From NCBI GenBank assembly GCA_951406725.2, contig OX597832.1, positions 36,146,001 through 36,210,000 on the forward strand: a DNA stretch of 64,000 nucleotides, given 5' to 3'. The notes below the pieces were generated by a model. The model saw only the letters and a program-made list of their open reading frames with translations. It did no database searches and had not been told where the DNA came from. The position numbers and the translations under genes were made by a program. Position 1 is the first letter of the stretch. Each line of letters opens with the position of its first letter. Source of the stretch: Octopus vulgaris (lineage: Eukaryota). Shown here piece by piece: positions 24,464-39,005 of the stretch.

Positions 24464-27400
24464 TTTGTTTGCCCCCCCCCACTCACTGCTTGACAACTGG
24501 CTCTAGTGTGTTTATGTCCCAGTGACTTAGTGGTTTAGCAAAAAAGACCAGTAGAATAGTATATGCAAAGAAAAGTGATCTCATGATTGTGAATCTCATG
24601 AATGAGGTGATAAAAGATCGCCAAAAGCAGTGGAATCCATGGAAAAATTTCATATCCTCATGAGGATGATCTTATAGTAAAATCGGTAAACCTCCTGCAA
24701 CCTGGGTCTTTTATATATTTTCATTGGCAAATTGTGAAATTTCACCACGAATAATTTTTAGTAAGGCATGGCTGTCACTACATAATAGATTCCCTACCTT
24801 ACACCTTGGAGGTCACCTCTAATTAGGGTACAGAAGCTATTCATTAAAGCTAATTAGCAACAGCAGCAGCGTGAACCAAATCAGTCGATTTGGTCTTTGA
24901 CAAGATTTTACTGCCGTGTTATATCAACATTTATTTCACTCTGCTAATATTTACTCCAAGAAAATTTAGGAAAATTATTCTCTCTTCTTCGAAGTCTTGA
25001 AGATCTTTAACAGATTCAGGAAATTAATCTTAACCTTTCCATGACTGTTGGAGGAAAAAAGAAAAAAAGGCAGAGTTTTTATTGTATATTTTGTCAAAGA
25101 ATTATCAAATGAAGCAATCTTCTAAAACAAATGGGATTCTTTTGTTACAAAATTGTCTGCAAACAAACTTTGGTTCTGATTCTCTTTACATAGTTTCAGT
25201 TCTTCACATACAAAGTATTTTATTACCTTTTTTTACTCTTCTTAAGAAAAGATTTACACTCCATTGTATTTTTTTTAATGCTACTTCTTTTCACGCAAGG
25301 AATATCCAAATGTTTTATTTTACAAGAAATATCATTTCAAGCCTATTTTACCATGATTTTCTTTGTATCTCCTGCAGCTTACCATTCATTTATTGAGGAA
25401 GAAGAAGAAGAAGAAAAAGAAGAAGAAGAAGAAGAAGAAGAAGAAGAAGAAGAATGAGGAGGTCACCATTTACAGTGTACTGCTGTTTAAACCAATCTAA
25501 GTAGGGTATCAGACTATTATTGGAAACAATAGTTCCAAAATTACAAACAATTATTTTGGTTATCATTATTCACTGCTGATCCTTCAGATGTGCTCCAAAT
25601 ATTCTCAAGGTTTTTCAAATGTAACAAAGAAATTCATTTTCATTTTAGACATTATTTCAAACAGGAAGTACTATTGAACATTTTAAAAAATTCCTATCCA
25701 ATAATGAAGCCGGATTACAAGATCGGTTTTTAAGAATATTTCCATTTTTATTCGATCCTCTGACTGTAAAGCAAAATTGTCATATCGTTTGGAGCATGTC
25801 TCAAGAACAAGTAACATAGAACAAGGCAGAACAGCTGCCAAACAAGCCATGAAAATGTAAAACAAATATTGATGGACCTGAAAGTGTGATGTTCTTTTGA
25901 ACAAGAAAAGTTTGGAAGTGAAAAGTTTTGCTGAAAGTATAAAGTTTAGCAACATTTCATTCACAAGACTCTGAGAGTTGCATGAAAGGAAGAAAGTAAT
26001 ATGTTTGTACTTTGTCAATGCAACATGTACTTTCCTTGTTCTGTGCCAGGATGAGTTGGAGACAGCCCTGACAGGAACACTGAAATCTCCTTTATTGTGA
26101 GAGGGAGTACAGCACTGTACATGTCACTTTTAAAATAGAGGACATGGTAAAAGTTGAAGTCCAGATTGTACATCACACACCTTCCCATAAGCTCTTCTGA
26201 CAGTATTTGGGAAGGAAGAACACAAAGTTCCATATCAAGGACATTGATGTTAACATCAATCGCTAGCTAGAAATCCCTTTTGGGGCACTATGTCTGGGCT
26301 GGTGGTCAGTGTAGATGTAACTTTCAGTGATATGTGGTCAGGTAAAGTCACCATGAACTTACAAGCCCTTGTGATCCTGTAAGACCACAGAATAGCAACA
26401 AAAACAGGAGTTTGGCAATCCTGGGGTAGCATCAGTCACAACTCTGGAGCCATCAAAAGAAGTCATTTTGTCTTTTTTCTCATGAGGTAACCAAGACAAC
26501 CAAGAATTCCTTCCACCAGCCACAAAAGCAAAGGTAATGAGAATCAACCTTGAAAATGACAGCAAAAACTAAACAAACAGGATGCATTCTGTCACAGTGG
26601 TATCACTCGTTTCACTTCTGGGGATGATGGCCAAATGAAAGGTGGAAGGGATCAGGCAAACATTTTTGGAAAAAGAAGTAAAAAAGAAAAAGAAAGTAGT
26701 TAAAAAAGGCAATAAAAAACGTAGGAATGAGTACACTTAGCAAGGAGAGAAAACACTTTTCACTGAGGAAGAATCCATCTTTTCTGAAAGGGGGTTTCAT
26801 TTTCCAGGAAGAGGAACTCTCCTCATCCTTAAATGCAATAAGAGTCAGAACTTAAAGAGTTGTAAATAATTAACTGCCAAACATTCTGTTCAAATTTCTG
26901 ATGATTTCACAAATCCCCAACTACTCTACTCCATCTCAATATTCATCTCAAATTTAGAAACCACGCCTCAAAAATAGGAAAGATTAGAAATGTTTTCAGT
27001 AATTAATTTGCAACGATAAAATTACTGAATTGCTATTTCTTTCCTGCAAATAACTTGAAGCAGTGCAAGGAAGTGTGGAGCAGAATTAAAACATTGTATC
27101 ATTGAGTCTGGTTGAATAACTGGAGTCTTTCATAATAGATAGGAAGCAAAGAAATAATGCAAGCTGCTAAGATCTAAGGTAAATATTTGCAATAAAAACA
27201 GAAATAAGCACACAAGTTTTGTATATTGTAATAATATGCACATATATACACACTTCTATATTAATAATATATTAATGTGTTGAGTATTAGCTTAACACAA
27301 ACGATGTTGGTAAATAATTGTCAGAAAATGTAAATCAATAAACAAACTAAACAGAACAGTTTCAAATACAAAAGGAAAAAAATTCATCTGTAAAATATTT

Positions 27401-27537
27401 TGTTGATTACATATATTGATTATTATGTTGTTAGCAGTGAATCACACATCAATCAGATATAAGGAATTGATGGTCATCGATTATCATTTTTGATGATTAT
27501 CTGAAATATCTGAACAGCAGAGCAATGTGGAAATGTT

Positions 27538-27581
<44 letters not shown>

Positions 27582-27599
27582 GGCCATAAGGATCCTCAA

Positions 27600-28180
27600 A
27601 CAGGACAAGGACTTTCATTTGAAGCTTCTCGTTAGATGAGTTTGTTTCCAGATCTTTCCGTGGCAATTGCATTTTCTGCACTGGGAGCAGACTGGATTGT
27701 CATTTTCCTATTTGCAGATATTTTTCATATTCCTTAATGGGTTGCATTTGGAAGACAGCTGTGTGTATGTGGTACTTTAAGGAGCAACGAAGGGTAGTTA
27801 TCAACCGCATAGGAGTGCATATTGCTGGGAACATTAGCATGTATTTGGTTAATGTACCGAAAGAAGAGTGTGAGAAACATCAACAAACATGTAACAGAAT
27901 TCGTAGAGAGGTGGAGCTGGAGAATTACCCTGCCATGAGACACTGGTTCGAGAGATCTGACATGAAACTTCCCATCCAGAAGGTGAAAGACTGATGGAAT
28001 CGATAGGTGAGAAAAGATCTCCTTGTGGACACAATGGATATTTTTCTGGTGTCAAATGCAGCATCATTTCTTTTATGTTCTGAATGGCAAAACACCTCTC
28101 ATGTGTGATGGATTGAAAAGTTTCAGTAGATCTGGCTCTACAAAATCCTATTGGTGTTCTCTGATAAAAGAGAGTTGCTT
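27600..28180 (-). mobile_element. Non-LTR (CR1/L2/jockey-like) reverse transcriptase remnant
   Basis: LTLFFRYINQI..NMHSYAVD resembles LF.IYIND...YADD. Confidence 0.65.
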
Positions 28181-28189
28181 AAGGTGAGC

Positions 28190-28370
28190 ATGAAGGACAC
28201 GGTTCCTGGCTTTGGATAAAAGAAAATACAGAAGGATCCCTTAATTATAATTTTATTCAACCTATTCCTTTCTCAGATTCACACACTTATTGCAGCAGTT
28301 CTTCAGTTTTTCTAAGACCTGTAAAAAGAAACTCAGGAGTTTAGGCCTCCAACCAGGCCCTTCACGATAT
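28190..28370 (+). mobile_element. Partial mariner-like MITE (same family as 46032-46231)
   Basis: gttcctggctttggataaaagaaaata..ttttattcaac..agattcacacacttattgcag shared. Confidence 0.75.
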
Positions 28371-28844
28371 TAGAATTAAACACTTCACTTTCGTGTGACT
28401 GGTATTTCAGACAAAGCTCTTCGTTAAAGAGTTTTTCTGCATACACATGACTTCATTACTTTTTCAGAAGATAATGCAAGGTTTGAAGGAGACTTGGCTG
28501 ATATTTCTAGCAAGTCAATGACCACATACAACAGCAATTTTTTTAAGTGATTAGATTCATGTTGTACTGAATAAGACCCTGAAATTGTCATGGCCCAATA
28601 TCAGTTTTCTAAAAGTTATGTACGTGCGTACAAGCAATAACGTCATTTTCAATTGATGATAGGCAAATGCACATTGCTCTTATATGTGCAACACTGTGAT
28701 GCATTAAATATGCTGTCAAGTTTTCTAAATCTCTGACATCTTCCGACTATCCTCTGAAATTCACAACATATGCAGTGCATTAGTTGAAAACACCTGACGT
28801 AGAGAGAGAGAGAGAGACATCCTTCCTTGACTTGTTGGTGTCAG

Positions 28845-28895
<51 letters not shown>

Positions 28896-29108
28896 GACCT
28901 GTGCAACATCATCGCAGTATCTCAGTGCCATTAGCTGTTTATAAAACAACACAGTAGTTTTACTTGGCCATTAACAAATCCCTCAGTCATGACGGACAAT
29001 GTAAAAACCACCAGACTGTGAAAGAAGCATTCAGAACGGATTTGGTTATTTATGAAATTTGATTTCATCGAGCTTCTGACATATCTGTGTATCCGCTGTA
29101 CTCTACTG

Positions 29109-29153
<45 letters not shown>

Positions 29154-30499
29154 CGCGTGCGTGTGTAGTTGTGCATCTGTTCGAGTATGTATGTGAGCAT
29201 ATGTAAGCATGTATACGTGTGAATATGTGTGTGTGTGTGTGTGTGTGTCTGTGTCTGTGTATGCATGGATGTATGTATGCATGTGTGTTTGTATTTATAT
29301 GTGTATGGAAATACGTATTGGGTCATTCTAAGGACCACTGATAATGCTGTCCAGTACTATTTGTTCCATGACCAGATATCAGAGACTAAATCATGTCAGA
29401 GCACCAGTCTAGAAGAGGGCCAGGTAAGGTTCCTTAGCCATGGGAGGGGTGACCTACCTGCACTGCCCTACTGTCATCTGAGTGAGAACAAGGAATACAA
29501 AGACCAGTGAAATATATCCTACACGAAAAACAAGAAGTGGAAGTCAGCTTTGAGAGAGATTAGATTTTCAGCGGTTGGTGGAGCTACCAGCTGTATTCTT
29601 CAGTGCAAGAGCCACATCCTGGAGCTTCCTCCCAGTTCTAGTTGCTCCTTAGTCCTGCTTCAAGATGGTTCCCAATCACTTCCAAACACCTTTTATATAT
29701 TTTCTCTACTGGAGGGCTCCATAAATGGCCAGGCAACTGACACAAGAGTCGTTAACTCTGCTTTCATGTTCTTGTTGGTACATCACCTCCAACCATTAAT
29801 TAGTGTTTGTAATCATTAAGCCTGGAGGGAAGTAAACATCTCTGACTTGATCCACAGACTCCAGGACCAGCTGCTGCATATTCGACCTGGAATGATCAAA
29901 GAAGACACCATGGCACCTGAATTTCATCTGTAAAAATTAACCTAAACATTTTACACTGTTTCATCTGAATGCTTCCATTAATTGTATCGTATGAACACCT
30001 TCTGTACTAATGTAACAAATTATTTTCTAATGTATTAAGAAGCCTTCCGTTGTTACAAGACCCTTCCACATACGCGTCCTTTAAACACACACACACACAC
30101 ACAATATCCGTTTCTTTCCACTCCAACAACCTTTTTCTCGTACCTCTGCCATCAAGTTCAACTATAACAATGTCACAAGTGCAAGCTCAGCACATAACAC
30201 AAACATTAAACTCAAGCAACATTTTCTAAAGAATAAAGCAACACAGAATCCATTCATTGGCTTTGTTTTATTTCTTCCATCCACTTACCTAGTAATATTA
30301 TTCCACTGAAAACAATTCTTCAGAAATTCCTTACTTTAATTCTTTGATCTAACCCAAAATGAAATATTACTGAGGCTTAGAAATGTAATTAAATAAATCA
30401 AACAGCAACGTAAGTTAAATTTTTTGGAAAGAAAGCCAAGGTATTTAGAGTTAAAAACGGTTTATGCTACAGAATACTTTATCAGGTGCAGCAATTAAT

Positions 30500-30705
30500 T
30501 ATAAATGATGTTTAACAGTGGTAAGATATACTACAGTGGTTCACCAAACAGATGCTACGAAGTCAGCATCAATCAATGTAGCAAAGACTGTGTCTCAAGA
30601 ATGGGCCATTCTCTTCAGAACCAGAAAATGTTTCAGCATCCAACAAGTGCTAACGCTATACAAAGCTCACTTGTGGTGCTCAATGGAGCATTGCTCCCAC
30701 TTCGA
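30500..30705 (+). mobile_element. CR1/L2-like LINE RT C-terminal remnant
   Basis: AILFRTRKCFSIQQVLTLYKAHLWCSMEHCSH matches LLTLYKA.IRP.LEYCS. Confidence 0.75.
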
Positions 30706-31199
30706 AGATTCTACTAACTTCTGGCCAGATGCACAGTTTCCTCTCTCTCTGCCTTTTCTACCACTAATATACTAAGTCTCTGCTCTCACAGTTTGTCATG
30801 GTGCTGCTGCTGATGATGGTGGTTTTGTTTGTATTGCTGCAGCTGGTAATGTTTGAGGTGGTGTTATTATTAGCAGGGAGTGGGGGTGGTGTTGATGTTG
30901 TTGTTTGTACATTGGATGACTCAGATTCAGCAGACCTATGTTTGATGACATTCTATTTTGCCTGAACTTGAGCCAGATCCAGTTGAGCCTATGATTGGAG
31001 ATCTTCCAACTACAACCATTCTCTCTCTCTCTTTTTTATTTTTCAGACATATAGAACCATGTTACCCAATGTGTCCTTCCACTTTTTATGACCACCAGGT
31101 ATGACATGAAATACATTTAGCTGTTATTTCTGGTTGGTCTAGTGACTATGTAACAGCTCATTTACCAAAAGGCTAGGGTTGTAGATGTATTGTTGCAGT

Positions 31200-31725
31200 C
31201 TGATCAGGAATACACAGCTTGTCTGCAGTGAAACAGTTGCTCGCATAAAGTGTGGTGTAACAGTAAACGCATGTTACAAAATCAGTGAAATATAAGGTAC
31301 AGTGTCATGATAAACAGGTGTGACATATACAATGTAACATGAAATGCAGTGTAGCTTTAAACATGTTGGATGTATAATATACCCGGTAATGTTGCAGGAT
31401 AATGATTACATATTACTTTTATGTTACATAGAAAAGAGTGTGACAATAAACTCATTTTCTCTATACAATGCTACATGGTTTACTATGTGACAGTGATCAT
31501 GTGGCATCAGTAACATACATGTACTGGACTGTGTTTATCATATCATCATTCAGTGGCTTATGTTGCATCTGCAGGGTAACATGGGATACATTGCGACAGG
31601 AAACATGTTATATCTACTGTGATACAATGTGACAGTGAACACATTAGATATGCAATGTAACATGAGATGTTGTGTAACAGTAAGCATTTGTGTTAGATAT
31701 GCTGTGTGACAGTAAACAGGTTACA
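31200..31725. repeat. Degenerate ~45-bp minisatellite (tgtgacagtaaacatgttacat...)
   Basis: Recurrent tgtgacag/tgtaaca/aaacatgtta words; period approximate. Confidence 0.65.
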
Positions 31726-32114
31726 GATCCTGTAATCTTTTTCTTTCAGTCTTTACTCCATTTCCATCAATCTTTAGCACTTTTCTTCCAGCTGCTGCAC
31801 ACAACCCTAAAAAACATTCATCTAATTTTCGAAACCAGTTTTTCATTCCCTAAATTTATTCAACTATTCAAAACTCTCCATTCTACCAATGTTTAAAACT
31901 CTACAGTCTACATTCTCCAAAAATCTGCTTATCTGCTCATCAAAGATCCATTATAATGCCAAATTCCAAGAATGAGATTGAGTAAAAATATAAAATTACC
32001 ATTAAGTCTTCATTCAATCATATTTTATTGATTCTTCTGTCTTATACACACATCTGGTCTTTGTTTCAAACCCAAAGATATATTCTTTACCTACAACATT
32101 CTAATATTTGCAAT

Positions 32115-32167
<53 letters not shown>

Positions 32168-32596
32168 ATCTATCTATCTATCTATCTATCTATATATATA
32201 TATATATTATATAATATTTGTTTGTCAGTCTGTCTATCAATGTGTATCTCTTCCTCTGTCTGTCCTTCCCTGCCCCTCCCTCCTTCACTCTCTCTTTGCT
32301 CATTCACTCTCAATCTATCTCTCCCACAATACCTTCTCATTATTTCTCTCAACTTTAATATCCTGCCCCCCCTCTCACACTACTCTATCTCTTATCTCTC
32401 CTCCTCCCCCTACTCTTTAATGTCCTACTTCCTCTCTCTCCTACATTTCCCAACCTCCATAATCCATTTGCCTCCACTTCCCTCTCCACCCCATCTGCCA
32501 CACAAATGTCTTTATTCTCTTCTGTCTCTAACTCATTGCTTAGTCTCACCTTCTTTCCCTTTGCTCCTTTTTCTCTCCTCTCTAACTCATCCTCAT

Positions 32597-32695
32597 CACC
32601 ACCACCACCACCACCACCACCACCACCACCACCACCACCACCACCACCACCACCACCACCACCACCACCACCACCACCACCACCACCACCACCAC
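32597..32695. repeat. (CCA)n microsatellite, about 33 units
   Basis: Directly visible. Confidence 0.98.
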
Positions 32696-33529
32696 TACCC
32701 CTAGTAGTTTTATGCAACCATCATCGCAACCACAGCCAATGTTTTCAACCAAAAGCCAGGCAAGCTGCCACATGGTCACTCAACATGCTAGAAAGACAAA
32801 CCAAGTCATCCTCATCACCACTGTCATCATAACCATCATCACCATCATCGTTGTTGTCATCATCGTTTCTCTGTCCCCCTCCTTCCCCTCCTCATCCTCC
32901 TCATCATCATCATCATCGTCATCTTTTTATACCCACTTGTCCACTTAGGCTGTTAGATCTTACTTTGGAGTCACTACTCTCTACGTCTCACTTGTATGTT
33001 GTATTCTAACAGTTTCTATGGCTTACAAAACAAATGACTACATTGAAAAAAGACAAGATTGTCATGGATGGAATGCCTTTGAGTTATAAGCATGTTCAAA
33101 CAGGACTGACCCAGGGTTAAATAAGAAGAAACCCAATGAGTTGTCATGTGCTCACCAACATCAATAAAAACAATTGAACAAAGAAGTCTATATGCAGTCA
33201 CCCAACATGCTAGAAATACTTGTTAAATCTTCCTCAAATAACAGACTTCTGTTTTTAAAAAGGGGGGACTCGGTGAATATTTTAGTTTGATATATGGAAA
33301 ATCTGAATAAAATATGAGATGGTCATGATTGGAACAGTTTGGATCAAAAGGTCTGCTGGATCATCTTTATCCTCATCATCATCATAACCAACATTTCCTT
33401 TTTCTCTTCCTCCTTTTATATCCACTTTTATTTCTGTTAATGGCTATGTCATGACCCAATGGTTATTTTCAGTGCCTCTGTGATGGCTGGCATGGAAAGA
33501 AGGGAGTTATTTACAAACTAGGGACATGG

Positions 33530-34680
33530 TTTAAACACTTCTAACAGACTGGATACCACTAAAGAGCTCCAAAAGCCGGACTGTGATATTAAATTGAATT
33601 ACTGGACCAGTAGCAGCCCATTCAATAGACTTCTGAAAACAGTTTTTATCAACAAAATTTAACTCACAAAGCTTTGTTTGACCTAAGGCGACCTCAGAGG
33701 TCAAGAATAGATCTGGCTCTGGTGGATGCACATCAATTTGGATCAGTGTTAAACATTCAAAAGGGTAATTCCTTGTTACCTGACAGCTGACTTAAGGAAG
33801 CTGGTTTCAGTCTCGCCCTCAAATGCTGGATCACTACAATGCATAGCAGTATCTGTTTGGTGGTCAGACTAAAAGATCACCTCTCAGAACTGTTCTGCAT
33901 CAAATGCTTGGTGTATCAAAAATGATTTCTCTACTGCATGTTTTACCATTGGCCAAGTTATCACAGAAAATGAAGACTTTGAAGGGCTTATCACTCAAAA
34001 TAGGTCATAAGAGGAGAGCTGTATCTGCACATGAAGATAATATCACTGTCATGGTGTTGAACACTTTAGAGATAGAAGCAATTGACACCATACTAGAGGA
34101 ATACCAGGAACATACAGGAACAGACATCAACCAAAACAAATCAGTGGGCTTGAAAACTCAGGATTTAAAGAGACAAATACACACCAGCCAAAGAAATTTT
34201 CAGTAGACTGAGGGCTGGGTGTCTAGATCAGACAGTCAAGGTGGCCATTCTCACTCAGAAATGTGTCGAGAGAAAGTTGTCCTAGAAAGGTCGGGCAAAA
34301 GTCACTATCACTTTATTGTTTAGCCATCATTTTTTGGCCCCCCAAAATAGCTGACCAAACTCGAGTGCAATCTTTGCTGCTACTTATGGAAGACATATTG
34401 ACTGGATGCCCTTCATATGACACGTCTTTCAACAGTTTGTACCTTTGGTAGAATTGTAATCTTAGGTTAAGCTTAAACATTAGTTGGATGATTGGCATCA
34501 AGAATGTTGTCCACTTGCTCACAGCACTCATGAAGCCAGTGGCAAAATAACTCTCATATTTTGTTGAGAATTTATGGAGAATATGAGTCTGGGAATGGCT
34601 CTGGGCATCAACATGAATGGGTGAGACTGACATGAATGGAGAGGCTAAATGGAACTCACCTGAGTTGCTGATCTAACTGG
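33530..34680 (+). mobile_element. Tx1/L1-clade LINE remnant
   Basis: VSAHEDNITV..IDTILEEYQEHTGTDINQNKSVGL matches VSAYADDITV..Y...TGAKIN.KS. Confidence 0.75.
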
Positions 34681-35620
34681 GAGGAAGGAAACAAAAAGGC
34701 AATTTCGATGCTTTAGATGCGTAATTTGGTCTTTTGTGTGAAGTAACTTTTTTAAATACTTCTTTTTACTCAATGTTTGCATTTTTTGTCCTAGTATTAT
34801 CATCCACATCTTGGCTCTTGTGGCTAATAAAAAAAGTCTTTATTATCATCATCATCATCATCATTATTATTATCATTGTTATCATTTAATACATTCTGTT
34901 TTAGTTCTGACAGTACAATGTACCATTAAAATGACACAATGTCAGTTTGAAGTCCTCTTGATTGTAGGGGTCAAAATTTCCAAAGAAGGTTATTTTTTTA
35001 CAGAATCCCCGCTCCCAACCTTCCACACATACACTTTGGCATATTCTTTGGAGACTCCAACTCCAGAGCATATGCCAAATAATGGCTTTCTTATCAGCAA
35101 ATTTTACATTGGAAAACTTTTTTAGTTTTTAAATCTTAAGACACATCAATATCAGAATGTATTTTATTGATTATCTGCCCCATCCCATCACTCCTTCTCC
35201 AAAAATCACTTTCTCCCATCCTCCTCTTCCTCTTCTACTGACATCTACCACTCCTACTATCTCCAACCTACCTTATTCCACGATCACTCTTGGTGAGCAA
35301 GAATTGCTTTTGTCAGATCTTGAAATAAATATGTCAGAAGGACACAGCTATAATAGTAATGGTGGAAGTTTCTAAAAGACGTTTTACAAACACTCGTACA
35401 TACATATACATGCACGAACACACGTGCATGCACGCACACGCGCACACACACATACACACACGCGCACACACATGCGCACACACACACACACACACACAGA
35501 TGCTTACTCATAAACGCACATCCACATACCTGTTAAAATCATGCCTCAAATAATTTCCTGTCTGACCCATGCTAGCATGGAAAAGTAGATGTGAAACAAA
35601 CAAATGAATGATACATTCAT

Positions 35621-35664
<44 letters not shown>

Positions 35665-36849
35665 ACACACACACTCATTCACATTATTACACATATACAT
35701 CAACATACACTTACGAAGTCACAGAGAAATTGTGCGTGTGTGTGTGTGTTTGTGTGTGTGTACATGCACACCAATATTCAGCCACTCACACACATATACT
35801 AAACACACAAAATTATTCAAGTACATACAGTGACATAAATACTCTTCTTGAATAAACGCATACACAATCACATTACACCATTCAAACATTCTCTTAACAT
35901 ATGCCCACGCACATTAACATGCATACACTCACCAGAATACACACCCTACAAACATGTAGACCATCTACTGACATGTACACATAAATTGACGCACACTATT
36001 ACACACACACACACACTTTTATACACACATACAAGCTATTAAAGGAAACCATTTTTAATCTTCAGTCAATATGATAAAGTGAAGACAATGTCACTTTAAA
36101 TTAACATCTATTTTTAGCATTGCGCTTACCCCCTTCATATACCCCCTTCATCTACCTCCTTCATCTGCTCCTTCATTTCATGATCCCCTTCATACCCCTA
36201 CAACACCTGATACTATACCAACATTACATTCCTATATCACCACATTACACTACATCATACTAAACTGTACTGCTTCCCACACTGTATCACAATACCACTG
36301 CATACCACAACAACACACAATATCACATCATTACATTATCACTTGACATCGCAACACATCACCCTGCTGCATTGACATTAAACTTACAACAATCCAGATT
36401 TGAAGTTCTGCTGAATATATCATACCAGTTGTTCAGTTTGAACCAAAAATAATGTACAACTATTACAATGGCTAAAATGTGTACTGGATATTATTGCAAA
36501 TGGACAGAATATGCAAGCTATTTGTGAACCAACTTTAGAAAGCCATAAATGACAGACCAAATTTTAACTTTCTAATTTTGTCCTGACATATTGGCAGCAT
36601 TGACATTGCAGATTCAGATCTGACATGAAAGATAAAAGCCATGCTGAGCTCATGGCTCTAGCACTAGCCACATCGCTCAGAGATTGCCAGCTTCTTGAAT
36701 ATGGTAAAAGAAAAAAAATGACATCAAAAGGTTTCTCCCTAGAAAAATGTCACAAATATTCAACAAGATACATCAAATAAACAGACCATTTCTCAAAATC
36801 CTCCTCAGCTACATTGGGGCTCTGATGTGGCTACAGAAATGAGTGCTTC

Positions 36850-37190
36850 ACAGAATCAGGTGCCCCCATCTATGCACTCAATCCATCCATCCACCAACCA
36901 AACCCTTTCTACAGTGGTGAGCATTGGTCTGTCATACTCAATGACAACCTAGACGCAGCAGCCAAGTGTCCTCTTCACCCCATGCCTAATAGTGGACTCT
37001 ACCATGCTAAGTTGTTTGGTGACAGCCCTTGTTAACCTGCTGGGGTTGACACTGGTTATGTCATTGAGCTGCTTTCTTTTGATGAAGAATGATTTGCTCC
37101 TGCTAGAGAGCTCCAGCTCTTTTCTGACCCTGAAAACAAGATTAATGGTTTCTAACGTTGACAGGAAGCCAGATTTTGGGTAGGAGAAGA
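36850..37190 (-). mobile_element. Tc1/mariner N-terminal HTH remnant
   Basis: NPSRLTRAVTKQLSMVESTIRHGVK resembles P..S.R.LAK.L.VSESTIR..VK. Confidence 0.55.
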
Positions 37191-37200
37191 TAAAGTCAGT

Positions 37201-37384
37201 TACTGTATTTACCCATATAGAAGCCACACTCAAGCATAAGTCGTACCCTTTATTTTGTGTTAAATATTTGTACAAAATATTTTCCTTTCATAGTTTCAGC
37301 TAAGCCTTGTGTATAAATCATACCCCATAGTTTTCAGTTAAAGTTAAGTATAAAATAGTGTGACTTATACCTGAGAAAATATAG
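37201..37384. mobile_element. pogo/Tc2-like MITE
   Basis: tactgtatttacccatata..cataagtcg ... tgacttatacctgagaaaatatag imperfect TIRs. Confidence 0.6.
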
Positions 37385-37424
37385 CAAATCATAAGTATAT
37401 GATTGGCGATTATTTTATTAACAT

Positions 37425-37830
37425 AGGTACCAACATGGCTGTGTTGTTCAGGGTTCAGTCCCACTGCATGGCACCTTGGGCAAGCGTCTTCTACTTCTAC
37501 TATAGCCTCAGGCCAACAAAAGCCTTGTGAGTGGATTTGGTAGATGGAAACTGAACAAAGCCCATTGTATATATGTATCTATATGTATATATCTGTGTGT
37601 GTGTGTGTGTGTGTGTCTTTGTGTCTGTGTCTGTCCCCTCACCAACACCACCACTGCTTGACAACCACTGCTGGTGTGTTTACATCCCCATAACTTAGTG
37701 AATAAGCAAAAGAGAATGATAGAATAAGTGCTGTGCTTTAAAGAAATAAGTACTGGGGTGGATACAATCAACTAAAAAATCTTCAAGGTGATGTCCCAGC
37801 ATGGCCACAGCCTAATGACTGAGAAAAGTT
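37425..37830 (+). mobile_element. SINE family A
   Basis: gggttcagtcccactgcatggcaccttgggcaag core and ccagcatggccacag tail. Confidence 0.85.
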
Positions 37831-38340
37831 AAATCTAAAAGTTTCCCCGTCATCAAATAGGCCAAGGTCAAAGTTGAACCCTGAAGGACTTGAAAACAGA
37901 CATAACCAAATGCTACCATTCTTTATGTCGGCTTCCCTGCCAATTCTACCAAGCTAACATTAGCCCAGACTCAAATGCACGTTTGTTGATGGTGGATGTT
38001 ACTGAGTGAATCAATGGAATTTCATTATTGAGAAATATGAAAACAAAGTTGAGCAGAGAGAGGTTTCAACTCAGATTATTAAAAGATGGAATGAAATGGC
38101 CACAAAGCAGATAGTTTAGCACGATACCACTCTTTAACTACTACTAATTGAAATTCCTCTTAATATCAATTAAAGCCGGTAGACTTATAAAATTTCTGCT
38201 GTTTAAGTCCAACCATTGTCTTCGGCACAACATAATTGATCTCACCTGTCCTTTGATAATGGCTACAGGATAACTCACTGCTCTAACTTTTAAGACTTGC
38301 CATAATTGGCTTTTATTGATTCTTTTCATACACACGCACG

Positions 38341-38371
<31 letters not shown>

Positions 38372-38517
38372 GCATTTTTTATATACATACACACATTTCA
38401 TGTGTGTGTGTGTATACATATATATACATATATATATATTTATATATATATTTGTATATATTTGTGTGTTTATCTCTCTCTCGCTCTCTGTACATACATA
38501 CACACACACACACACAT

Positions 38518-38574
<57 letters not shown>

Positions 38575-38607
38575 CACATACACATATACACATATACATA
38601 TACATTG

Positions 38608-39005
38608 GTGCAGGCATGGCTGTGTGGTAAGAAGCTTGCTTCCCAACAACATGGCTCCGGGTTCAGTCCCACTGCATGGCACCTTGGACAAATGTCTTCT
38701 GCTATAACCTTAGGCAAACCAAAGCCTTGTGAGTGGATTTGGTAGACGGAAACTGAAAGAAGCCCAGCATATATATATATATATTTATATATTTATATGT
38801 ATATATCTGTGTGTCTTTGTTTGTCCCCCCACCATCACTTGACAACTGATGTTGGTGTGTTTATGTCTCTGTAACTTAGCGGTTCAGCAAAAGAGACCAA
38901 TAGAATAAGTACTAGGCTTCCAAAGAATAAGTCCTGGAATTGATTTGTTTGACTAAAGGCAGTGCTCCAGCATGGCCACAATCTGAAACAAGTAAAAGAA
39001 TAAAA
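38608..39005 (+). mobile_element. SINE family A, full length
   Basis: tRNA-like head, internal (TA)n, tail gaaacaagtaaaagaataaaa. Confidence 0.9.

Larger units (their letters stand above)
22230..25900 (+). pseudogene. Decayed Toll-like receptor, locus L4
   Basis: KKCPP N-cap, FPNNLSTFIL, FINLRKLLF, DSF..LRSIHFHSNCL (~22970), NLKNLSLNSCRI (~24310), SLANCEIS, TLHLGG, EINL/NPFHDC (~25020), TM (~25180-25250), TIR-like FYHDF/FVS, LLETIVPKLQ (25517), KKFIFILD (~25630), LSYRLEHVSRT. Confidence 0.7.
26830..29060 (-). pseudogene. Decayed LRR (TLR-like) ectodomain, locus L5
   Basis: Signal-like FFHSLVVFTLSV (~29020), AFAY.QLK.TL.L (~28660), DISDN (27510-27496), FTANNII, FSDNYL, FTLDLSS (27183-27163). 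Confidence 0.5.
29950..36130 (+). pseudogene. Decayed LRR (TLR-like) ectodomain, locus L6
   Basis: KFNYNNVTS, SIHLPSNII, FDLTQNEI (30343-30366), TLKNIHL, FKTLHSTNV, ILYLQHSNI, NSFYGLQN (~33010), LRHINIRM..IDYLP (~35140), KVKTMSL (~36080). Confidence 0.6.

Noticed and set aside
25920-26810. Possible LINE ORF1 remnant (also unexplained GC-richer block 29330-29930)
   Set aside because: No diagnostic motif could be read with confidence.
32385-32832. Poly-Pro/His/Gly (formin-like) ORFs
   Set aside because: (CCA)n tract with non-coding low-complexity flanks.
36385-36480. Plus-strand LRRCT end (PVVQFEP) for L6
   Set aside because: The minus-strand TIR reading (box1 to FWFKL) is more coherent over the same bases.
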